From Desulfurococcaceae archaeon (lineage in GTDB: Archaea; Thermoproteota; Thermoprotei_A; Sulfolobales; Desulfurococcaceae), in assembly GCA_038824035.1 (NCBI GenBank), contig JAWBBW010000020.1:1-27390 (forward strand): 27,390 bases of DNA, read 5' to 3'. Of this stretch, positions 1 to 7,598 are shown in pieces; within the stretch, counting starts at the first letter, position 1; each line of letters opens with the position of its first letter. Made by a program: the position numbers and the translations under genes. The notes under the pieces are model-generated. The model did not search any database, was not told the DNA's origin, and saw only the letters and a list, made by a program, of their open reading frames with translations.

Positions 1-297
1 TTTAGTAAACTAGGATTAACACCTCTCGAGTTCACAATATATAGAACGCTGATAGAGGCAGGGTTTAACAAGACTCTTGCAGTAAGCGTAGCTAGAGAAG
101 TAGTAGAGAAAATAGGGAATAAGGTGAACGTACCAGGCTGGACGCGTAATCCCAAGCTACTCAAAGATGTTGAAAGAGACCTAGCACTTACTATTCTAAA
201 AGGTGCGAAATCAGTGAAGATGGAGCAGGAAAAGCTGAAGGATCTCATAACTAGGTTGATGGAAAGGGTGAAGGATCTTGAGTCAAAACGAGAGTAG
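1..297 (+). CDS. hsdR: 3' end (partial) of probable type I restriction endonuclease R subunit (DUF3387-like C-terminus)
   Basis: Frame 1 is open from the window edge to TAG at 295-297 (FSKLGLTPLEFTIYRTL...VPGWTRNPKLLKDVERDL...ESKRE*). The LGLT..E...Y and W..N motifs resemble HsdR C-termini, and the ORF overlaps a YgjP-like gene, the usual hsdR neighbour. Not in the ORF track. Confidence 0.6.
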   Translation, partial: FSKLGLTPLEFTIYRTLIEAGFNKTLAVSVAREVVEKIGNKVNVPGWTRNPKLLKDVERDLALTILKGAKSVKMEQEKLKDLITRLMERVKDLESKRE

Positions 298-853
298 TAT
301 TCGAACCATATCTATAAAGTACTTGAAGAACTCAGGTATAAGGATAGCTGTCAGCCCCAGCGGTGTCGAAGTACATTTGCCCGAAGGCTATGATGAATCG
401 AAAGTCGTGGAGGTTGTTAATAAACACAAACTGTGGGTAGAGAGAAGAATGCGAGAACTCTCAGAACTAATAGAGCTCTCCAAACAACTAGAGGTAGTTG
501 ACAGAGACGTAGAGGAGCTGAGAGAGGTAGTTAAGAGCCTTGCAGACCAAGCTATGATAGAGTTATTCGGCATATCTAATCCTTGTAAAATCGTAATAAA
601 GGAAATGAGTAGAAAATGGGCAAGCCTCAGCAGTAAGGGAGTTTTAACCGTCAATAAACTAGCTCGTCACCTACCAGACACTTTAATAAAGTACATTGTC
701 TACCATGAAATATGCCACTTCCTTGAGAGAAAGCATAACAATAGGTTCTGGTCATGTATTAAGAGATTCGTTCCTAGCCATAGAGAATTAGAAAGGAAGC
801 TACAGGCGTATGAAGTTAAACTAGCAATAACGTTGGGAAGAAATCAAGGATAA
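278..853 (+). CDS. YgjP/DUF45-like zinc metallohydrolase (HExxH)
   Basis: M..KWAS.S..G.L..N motif and YIVYHEICHFLERKHNNRFW; TTG start overlapping the hsdR end, with GGGTGA upstream. Confidence 0.85.
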   Translation: MSQNESSIRTISIKYLKNSGIRIAVSPSGVEVHLPEGYDESKVVEVVNKHKLWVERRMRELSELIELSKQLEVVDRDVEELREVVKSLADQAMIELFGISNPCKIVIKEMSRKWASLSSKGVLTVNKLARHLPDTLIKYIVYHEICHFLERKHNNRFWSCIKRFVPSHRELERKLQAYEVKLAITLGRNQG

Positions 854-902
854 CCTATCGATACAAAATCCTTCTAAAACTCAGTTTTCATTCCTGAGCT
901 TC

Positions 903-1319
903 TTAGCGATCGACTGCTAGAGTATAGTGATGGGTTTCATTGAGTTCAGTAGTGCTCCACTGTATCTCCCGTTTTAACGTATACGGACGTCTCCTTCTGT
1001 CTAATAGCTTAAGCGTCTCCTCTAATAGTCTTAAGAACAATTCGATTTTTACTTTTCTTTCGATCTCTTCTTCTCTTCTGTGTAGGTACTTTATCAAGAT
1101 TCTTCCCTCCTCTGGTGTGTCTACGTCTATTAGGACGCACGGATACTCCACCCTTGCGGGGACTAGGGTTATTCCGTACTTCTCCAGCGTTGGTCTAAGG
1201 ATCTCTGATGCCCGCTGTGTTAGGTAGACTTTCTCTCCCCTCATGACCATCTCTACTATCTGTTTGGATATCTGTTGGCAGAACTCCTCGTCGTTTCTTA
1301 CTCTGAAGATTCTCTCCAT
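903..1319 (-). CDS. Hypothetical protein (island cargo)
   Basis: 138-aa ORF rich in E/R/K, on the same strand as and downstream of the integrase; no recognisable motif; start uncertain. Confidence 0.55.
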   Translation of the reverse strand: MERIFRVRNDEEFCQQISKQIVEMVMRGEKVYLTQRASEILRPTLEKYGITLVPARVEYPCVLIDVDTPEEGRILIKYLHRREEEIERKVKIELFLRLLEETLKLLDRRRRPYTLKREIQWSTTELNETHHYTLAVDR

Positions 1320-1395
1320 TCTCTCGAGAGTCTCATCTTCTAGTCTGCGGAGGGTACGTGTGCTCGTGTTCTCCCCGTATAGTTGTGGGATCAGT

Positions 1396-2640
1396 TTATA
1401 AGTAGATTAAAATCGTGTTTAGGTAATTTGGGTAGTGTTCGTCTGCCTCTGTTAGTAGGTCTTCGTACCTCGCCTCGCTTATCCTTAATTCTCCGAATCT
1501 TGATTGTATGAATCTCGCTACGTCTCTCGGCATTGTCTGAACCATTATTCTCCACGCTATTTTGCGGATCATCTTTGGTAGAACCATGCTTCTCCTCCTC
1601 ACGTATTCCCATACATCTCCTCTATCTATCTTTCTAGGTGCTACCGCTTTCAGTAGCTCTACAGTCTCCCTGGATACGTATATCCACTCGCACGGTTTCC
1701 GGTGTCCCTTTAGCCCTAGGTAGTACCTGCAGAACTTGTCGAAGCACACCAACCTCTCCGTCTCCAGGTCTATGGACTCTATGAGTACTATTTCTTTGGG
1801 GTTCCACGTCTTCATCATCTCCAGTAAGTGTTCGAACCTTACCCCAGATTCCAGCATCGCTCTGTATACTGTGTAGTATATTCTGTGGTTCTCCTTCAGG
1901 AAGCTCACGGTCTTCCTAACATCTTCTATGGAGATCTGGTATGGTCTTACGTCTAGTTTGTAGCTTCTGCTTGGTACTACCTCCATTATCCAGCCGAAGG
2001 TTTCTGGTGAGACCCTCCTTCTGTGGTATAGGTACTGTACGTAGTGTCTGAACACATTCCTCAACCACCCGTTTCTGTGGTTAGCTACGTACTCCACGAG
2101 CTCCTCCGACAGCTCTCTCCCCTCGAGGTGCTTCTTGAAGAGGCTTCTGTAGTAGCTTATCGTCTCTGGGTCTCTTACCTTCCTACGCTTCTTCCTCTCC
2201 GATAGGAAGTTCTCGAAGTCCTCTGACCACTCGAGCTTTATGCCTGCGAAGCTCATCCCTAGTAGCTTCCTCAGGTCCTCTCTGTATGTGTCTACGACGT
2301 GCCTCAGCACCAGGTTTTTCAGGTACTCGTCTCTTAGTATGAGCTTCACGACCTCTAGTGCTAGCGTGTAGTCTACGTATCCATCTCTGACTAGACCGGC
2401 CGCCTCTAACACCTTCCTAAACTCTTCCTCCGTGATTATGGTGAGGAGAAGCTTTAGCCTCTCGTCGTCCAGCCTAGACTTCCCGTTCAGAAGCCTCCAC
2501 ATAGTGATCCTACTTACCTTGAGAACCTACTGCACCCTCTCCCTACCGTGCTTAACCACAACGTACTGAAGTATCTTAACCCTGTCTACGTCGCTCAAAC
2601 CCCTTAGGTTCAGCCCATCGTACCAAGGCTTCATAACCAT
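1396..2640 (-). pseudogene. Archaeal tyrosine recombinase/integrase with N-terminal HTH, interrupted by an in-frame TAG at 2527-2529
   Basis: Catalytic-type motifs ESGVRFEH, LPKMIRK (KxxR) and FIQSR...SEARY in ORF 1396-2502. The same frame continues upstream as MVMKPWYDGLNLRGLSDVDRVKILQYVVVKHGRERVQ*VLKVSRITMWRLL, with SD GGGGGT at 2646-2641. Lies next to a tRNA 3' end. Confidence 0.8.
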
Positions 2641-2680
2641 ACCCCCAACATTATCTCTTAGTATTATCATACAGCAACAT

Positions 2681-2693
2681 TATTTAATCGTTT
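2681..2693 (-). promoter_or_regulatory. Putative BRE-TATA of the integrase
   Basis: Minus strand AAACGATTAAATA about 40 nt upstream of ATG 2640. Confidence 0.4.
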
Positions 2694-2701
2694 CATGGTG
2701 T

Positions 2702-2746
2702 ATGCGTGGGGTCTGAAACGATGATTTATAAGCCATCACCACGCAT
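2702..2746. repeat. 8-bp inverted repeat flanking the tRNA 3' end
   Basis: ATGCGTGG (2702-2709) and CCACGCAT (2739-2746). Confidence 0.5.
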
Positions 2747-2751
2747 GGGAG

Positions 2752-2842
2752 TGGCGCCGGGGGCGGGATTTGAACCCGCGCGGGGATCGATATCCCCACT
2801 GGCTCTCAAGGCCAGCCCCTTGGACCGCTCGGGCACCCCGGC
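2752..2842 (-). tRNA. tRNA-Ser (anticodon TGA), intronless, CCA encoded
   Basis: Acceptor stem GCCGGGG/CCCCGGC, discriminator G, CCA; anticodon arm CTGGC-CTTGAGA-GCCAG (anticodon 2808-2806); long variable arm GGGGAT/ATCCCC; T arm GCGGG-TTCAAAT-CCCGC. Confidence 0.98.
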
Positions 2843-2851
2843 GCATCTATT

Positions 2852-3430
2852 TTATGGTTTTAAATAGAGGAGGATATAACCTTTTTTACTCATCGTTTCA
2901 ACTACGCTGTATATTTCTCTGGCTTTTTTAGCTAAGTACTCGCCACCTTTAGCTAGTACGAATTGTGCAAAGCCATTGCTTACTAAGTAATTTTTCGCAC
3001 CTAATACTATATCCTCGACTATTTTCATGCCGGCTGAAAGCGGTGGATTCGAGTAAATCGCGTTGAATACCATTTTTTCAACTGGCTTATATCTATCACC
3101 CTTTAAGACCACTACTCTATTTTCTACCTTATTTAGCTTCACATTGATCTCCGAGGCCTTCACAGCAAGCGGGCTTATATCTATCATGTATACAATTAAA
3201 TTGGGATTCATTTTAGCTATTGTTATCCCTATGACACCATAACCACATCCAATATCTAGGACCTTTCCTCTTTCAGGTATTTTTATATTTTCAAGCAACA
3301 ATAACGTGCCCTCATCAATGCTTGAACCCGAGAACAAACTAGTGTATGATATAAACTGTAACGAGAGGCCATGTATGATAAGTGGTATTAAGACCCTTTT
3401 ACCGGGTTTACGTGGCTTATAGTAGTGCAT
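2852..3430 (-). CDS. Class I SAM-dependent methyltransferase, RsmC/MTS-like
   Basis: SLFSGSSIDEGTLLL, VLDIGCGYGVIG and YSNPP motifs. Start placed at ATG 3430 (MHYYKP) because of SD GGGGT; the track ORF extends to 3472. Confidence 0.85.
   Translation of the reverse strand: MHYYKPRKPGKRVLIPLIIHGLSLQFISYTSLFSGSSIDEGTLLLLENIKIPERGKVLDIGCGYGVIGITIAKMNPNLIVYMIDISPLAVKASEINVKLNKVENRVVVLKGDRYKPVEKMVFNAIYSNPPLSAGMKIVEDIVLGAKNYLVSNGFAQFVLAKGGEYLAKKAREIYSVVETMSKKGYILLYLKP
2874..2887 (-). promoter_or_regulatory. Putative BRE-TATA for tRNA-Ser, embedded in the upstream MTase ORF
   Basis: Minus strand AAAAAAGG-TTATAT about 32 nt upstream of the mature tRNA 5' end. Confidence 0.5.
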
Positions 3431-3549
3431 GTCAATACCCCAATATAGCTCAATATGATGAACACATGACACAATGGTTTTTATTCAAAATATGATTTAT
3501 AATAACTAGCCTATAACACTTGTAAAAATATAATGGGAATAAGGGCATT

Positions 3550-4290
3550 GTGATGAAACAACGCCGTGGTAGAGATCCCAGGCTTTTAGTATTTAAAAAC
3601 ATGGCAACCTACGAATTAATATCAAGCGGATACAGGTCATGGAGACAGAAACCGTGGCGGATAATAAAGGTGTTCAACAGATTTTTAGAAAAACATCGTG
3701 GAAATTATGTTTTAGACCTGGGTTCGGGGCCATGTGTAAATGGCATTGACCTTGTGAAGGGAAGAAATAATTACCTGCTATGCCTTGACATATCTTTCTC
3801 GATGAGTAGAATTAGCAAAGAGAACATTGAGAGAAATAACATACTTGGGGATTCCATCGCGGCCGATCTCCTTTATTTACCACTACGTGAAAACTCCATT
3901 GACCTCATATTATCAATAGCTAGTTTACACCACATACCGCCAGAAATGATGAGAAGAGCCTTGATCGAGATTAAGCGAATTATGAAGCCACGCGGTAGAG
4001 CGTTAATAACCATGTGGTCGTGGAGACAGCTAAGGTTCCTGTTAAAACAGGCGATGAACAAGGCACTGGAAATTGCCGGTATCTTGTTTGATTCAAGAGA
4101 GTTTTTCATATCATGGAGAACTAGGAAAGGAACTTATTATAGATATTATCACTTGTACACATTAGAGGAATTAAAAGAACTCTGTATAAGCATGGGCTTT
4201 AAGGTATTAAGTAGTGGTTATACATGTTATTTGAGAAACCGTAGTGATAACATCTATGTGATAATTGATAAGAACAAGGCTTCAAAGTAA
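3550..4290 (+). CDS. Class I SAM-dependent methyltransferase, Trm9/ALKBH8-like tRNA cm5U34 methyltransferase
   Basis: VLDLGSGPC motif I. SIASLHHI and YYRYYHLY..EEL match the IA..HH and RYYH..GEL motifs I recognise from Trm9/ALKBH8. Adjacent to elp3 and trm112. Confidence 0.75.
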   Translation: MMKQRRGRDPRLLVFKNMATYELISSGYRSWRQKPWRIIKVFNRFLEKHRGNYVLDLGSGPCVNGIDLVKGRNNYLLCLDISFSMSRISKENIERNNILGDSIAADLLYLPLRENSIDLILSIASLHHIPPEMMRRALIEIKRIMKPRGRALITMWSWRQLRFLLKQAMNKALEIAGILFDSREFFISWRTRKGTYYRYYHLYTLEELKELCISMGFKVLSSGYTCYLRNRSDNIYVIIDKNKASK

Positions 4291-5739
4291 TTTAACCATG
4301 TATGGGGAATTACTTGGCCTAGTATAGCCCATTTTTCTATAATACTCCCTGGCTCCAACCCCTGAGAGAACCAGTATTTTGTGACAACTAAATTCATGTT
4401 TTGCTAATTCCTCAGCCACTCTAAGTAATTCCTTGCCCCATCCTTGATGTTGCCAAGACATTTCCAAACGCATTCCCACCGGTGTCTGCAATCCATATAC
4501 ATGCAATTCCCTGACAATGGCTGTTCTATTGTCAACTTCAGGTCTATGTGCACGATCTGACGGTATTCTCAATCGAAGTAACCCTACTATAATGTTATTA
4601 CTTATATCTTCTGCTGCAATGAATATTTCTATGCCGTTACTGGCCTCGTAATATTCCTTGGTTATAGTGATCCTCGATGGCCTTACCCCCCTGTAAAATT
4701 CCTGTCTACCTACCTCGCGGAATCTTATTTCATTTATCTCTATGCCTTTTTCCAAGGCAACTTTTTCCACCAGTTCTCTTAAATTGGATTTTCGAGGACC
4801 GGCCACGATCAACTGGGCTGGTATATCTCTTTGTATTCTCATGACCCTGACCCATTTGGGTATGAATCTGTACATCTCTGAGATCAAGTCCACGGCCTCA
4901 TCGTCTGTCAAAGGCATATATAATCCTTTCTTCCATAGTTCATAGAGCTCTGTTCCCTCGATAACGAGTGTTGGATATATCTTCAACATATCGGGCCTGA
5001 AATCAGGATTTTTAAACAACTCTTTGATCATTTCGAGGTCTCTATCGGGATCAGAGCCTGGCAAACCGGGCATGATATGATATGTTACTTTGTACCCAGC
5101 ATCCTTTAAGAGCCTTGTTGATTCAACTACATCTTTTACTGTATGCCCTCTCTTGATAAACCTCAAGACATCGTCATATATGCTTTGAACACCAATTTCA
5201 ACTTTCGTAGCGCCTAAATATAGCATTAGGTTAATTTGCTTCTCCTTGGCCCAATCAGGCCTGGTCTCTAATGTTAATCCCACAACTCTGATGTTTGATG
5301 TCTCGTTTCTGAGTTGGGCTTCTTCGAGACTTGGCAGAGTTTCTGGCTTGTTGCCTGGATAATTATTAAATGCCTCGAATATGTTGGTTATAAACCATAT
5401 CTGGTAATCGATCGGCAGAGCTGTGAATGTTCCACCCATTACTATAACCTCGGCTTTGTTCGGTACATGGCCATTTATCTCGTATTGTTTAAGCCTCATG
5501 TATACTTGATCATATGGATCGTAGTTTACCAGCCTAGCCCTATTCAACGCTGGTTCGTTACCTATATAGCTTTGAGGGGTATTGTACTCTATTCCGCCTG
5601 GACAATAAATACACTTTCCATGAGGGCATGGATAAGGCTTTGTCATGACAGCCACTACTGTAACCCCTGATAATGCTCGTGTAGGCCTCTTAATGCCGAT
5701 CATGGGTTTATTCACGTTAGCGCGCATTAGCGTCCCCAT
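4282..5739 (-). CDS. elp3: tRNA uridine(34) carboxymethyl-transferase Elp3 (radical SAM + GNAT)
   Basis: CPHGKCIYCPGG, MGGTF, ETRPDW, KIYPT, VRELHVYG, QHQGWG and GVGAREYYRKMGY motifs. Confidence 0.97.
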   Translation of the reverse strand: MGTLMRANVNKPMIGIKRPTRALSGVTVVAVMTKPYPCPHGKCIYCPGGIEYNTPQSYIGNEPALNRARLVNYDPYDQVYMRLKQYEINGHVPNKAEVIVMGGTFTALPIDYQIWFITNIFEAFNNYPGNKPETLPSLEEAQLRNETSNIRVVGLTLETRPDWAKEKQINLMLYLGATKVEIGVQSIYDDVLRFIKRGHTVKDVVESTRLLKDAGYKVTYHIMPGLPGSDPDRDLEMIKELFKNPDFRPDMLKIYPTLVIEGTELYELWKKGLYMPLTDDEAVDLISEMYRFIPKWVRVMRIQRDIPAQLIVAGPRKSNLRELVEKVALEKGIEINEIRFREVGRQEFYRGVRPSRITITKEYYEASNGIEIFIAAEDISNNIIVGLLRLRIPSDRAHRPEVDNRTAIVRELHVYGLQTPVGMRLEMSWQHQGWGKELLRVAEELAKHEFSCHKILVLSGVGAREYYRKMGYTRPSNSPYMVKLL

Positions 5740-5773
5740 GTATAATTTATTGCTATGTTAAGGGGTATTTTTT

Positions 5774-6166
5774 CTATGACCTGAGAGGGTCATTAGCTAG
5801 TATTTCGCGAGGTATATGATGTTGATACTTATGTATAAAGCCCTCCTCGATATGCTTGATGAAAGTGTTTTTACGTATGTCATCGGGATATAGTAAAGGT
5901 ATACCGTTAATTACAGGGTACCATCTATGGCATTTATTGCAGTAAAGAATACCCCATAGGATATCTCTGGATAAACACTCTTTACATCTAACTTCGTGTT
6001 TCTCACTTATGAAAACCCCATTATAGCCACAGTAGAGATCGCAGAAAGCAGTCCCGGGCTCGGTTTCAACGTGAATGCCAAGCCTTTTCTCATTAAAAAC
6101 AAATACTTTAAGTGGGAAATGTTTGCACATAGGGCAGATCAGTACATTTAAGAGGGCATATCTCAT
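5774..6166 (-). CDS. trm112: Trm112 family methyltransferase activator
   Basis: LLNVLICPMC N-terminus and G.L.CNKCHRWYPVINGIPLL; SD AGGAG. Confidence 0.9.
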   Translation of the reverse strand: MRYALLNVLICPMCKHFPLKVFVFNEKRLGIHVETEPGTAFCDLYCGYNGVFISEKHEVRCKECLSRDILWGILYCNKCHRWYPVINGIPLLYPDDIRKNTFIKHIEEGFIHKYQHHIPREILANDPLRS

Positions 6167-6203
6167 TATGAACGCTCCTTATTTGATCTTTTCTTTATCA
6201 TCA

Positions 6204-7251
6204 TCAATGCCTCCATGCCGGAGGATAAACATTCGTGGGCATGATAACTCTTTTGGTCTTAGCTACAATCCCTTTCTCCATGCTCTGTATCTCTTTACTA
6301 CTTTTCAATGCCACTGAGAGAGCTACTAATTCACCTTTCAATGTCAATATAGCCACTGGTTTACCTCTTTCCACGTTATCAGTGATCCTGGCTACGCCTG
6401 GAACAGCTAAGTCGGCTCCATGCGCTATGGCGTCGACAGCTGTATCTAGGATCATTATTTTAGGTAAATGTGATATAGATGTTTCAACTGGCAAGATCAC
6501 TTTTCTCAAGTACCTTTCATCATTTTCTTTCCTCCACATATATAAAGCCTCACTCACTTCTTGCAACGAGACAAGTGTATCGTCTTCTCTGTAGGGGCCT
6601 GTACGAGTTCTTCTAAGCTCTCTCATATGTGCTCCTACCCCCAGTAATAACCCAATATCATGTGCTAGCTTCCTCATGTAGGTACCTGGATCACAGAGCA
6701 CTCTCAACAATATATATCTTCCCTGAATATCCAAGATCTCTATATCATGTATTCTTTTAACCCTAATATTCCTCTTAACACTAGATCTCAGTGGTGGCCT
6801 TTGATATATATCTCCTTTAAAATATTCTACAGTTCTTTTAATTTTTTCCCAGGAACTTTCGCCATGAAGCTCCATGACCATTATGTATTCCTTCACGCTG
6901 TGGACAACATTTCCTATGACCTTGGTACTATTAGCTAAACCTATTGGTAGTACCCCCGTTACCTTGGGATCTCCCCGCCCCTTGAAGGGGCTCTAGGGTG
7001 CCTCCATGTCCGGCCTTACTAACGTTAAACATTCTCTTGATCCACGCCACTACCTCGTGACTTGTGGGGCCTGGGGGTTTATCGAGGTTAATAACGCCAT
7101 ATTGAATATGGTCTTCTATTTTCCTTTCGTAGGGTAAAACCCCATGATCTGGACTAGTATCGCTTTCTCTTATAATTATCCAGTTATTTTTATAACCAGA
7201 TCTTTCGGTTATATTGTCTATGAAACGCACGCCTTTTTCAACTAAATTCAT
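6204..7251 (-). CDS. cbf5: H/ACA pseudouridine synthase Cbf5; two exons (7251-6993, 6970-6204), 341 aa after splicing
   Basis: INLDKPPGPTSHEVVAW...AGHGGTL in the first ORF. Removing 22 nt restores GTLDPKVTGVLP in frame with ORF 6204-6896 (QRPP, GTYMRKL, LRRTRTG, PUA domain). Confidence 0.95.
6971..6992 (-). other. 22-nt bulge-helix-bulge pre-mRNA intron in cbf5
   Basis: CCCT-AG^A-GCCCCT-TCA-AGGGGC-GGGG-AG^A-TCCC: a 4-bp central helix, two AGA bulges and a 6-bp intron hairpin, within the catalytic Asp codon. Confidence 0.92.
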
Positions 7252-7272
7252 GAGGTTACACCATGCTAATTA

Positions 7273-7566
7273 TTAAAAAACAGGAGATAGTTTTGGTTTA
7301 ATGACCTCTTTCATGAAATCTATGAGCCCGTTTTCCTCAATGGCTTTTAATACCTCCTCGTCGCTAGCACCTCTCGGTATTTTTATTATTTTTTCAAGTG
7401 GTTCAATGTGCTTTACATTTACCCGTCTTCTCTTAACACCTGTCAATGATTTGGGGCCTGTGACTAACACGAAATTTTCATCTACTATATCCACTATAAC
7501 ACATTTCCTACCAGCTTCTCTCCCAGCCACTTTAACACAGATCCTACCTATTTCTATAGCAGGCAT
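7273..7566 (-). CDS. rpl14e: 50S ribosomal protein eL14
   Basis: [29 protein letters not shown]...GVKRRRVN. Confidence 0.97.
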   Translation of the reverse strand: MPAIEIGRICVKVAGREAGRKCVIVDIVDENFVLVTGPKSLTGVKRRRVNVKHIEPLEKIIKIPRGASDEEVLKAIEENGLIDFMKEVIKPKLSPVF

Positions 7567-7598
7567 TCAAATCACCCCTTTGCTTGTTCTTTACTATG

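Larger units (their letters stand above)
1..2751. mobile_element. Right end of a tRNA-Ser-integrated element/genomic island (left end outside the window)
   Basis: Integrase starts about 110 bp downstream of the tRNA 3' end, with restriction-modification-type cargo. No second att copy is visible in the window. Confidence 0.7.

Noticed and set aside
1391-1612. Alternative-frame ORF within the integrase 3' end
   Set aside because: Overlaps the catalytic region of the integrase and has no recognisable features.
2527-2529. Pyrrolysine or genetic-code reassignment of TAG
   Set aside because: TAG terminates several conserved genes in this window (e.g. rps14, rpl2), and no pyl genes are visible.
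2806-2808. tRNA-Sec or opal suppressor reading
   Set aside because: TCA is the plus-strand text; the gene is on the minus strand with anticodon TGA and a 7-bp acceptor stem, i.e. Ser.
6138-6205. Possible C/D box sRNA (ATGATGA...CTGA) at the cbf5-trm112 junction
   Set aside because: Guides are AT-rich, there are no clear C'/D' boxes, and the motifs are explained by stop codons and coding sequence.
6204-7251. cbf5 as a frameshifted pseudogene or two genes
   Set aside because: A precise BHB intron restores the frame and the catalytic Asp.
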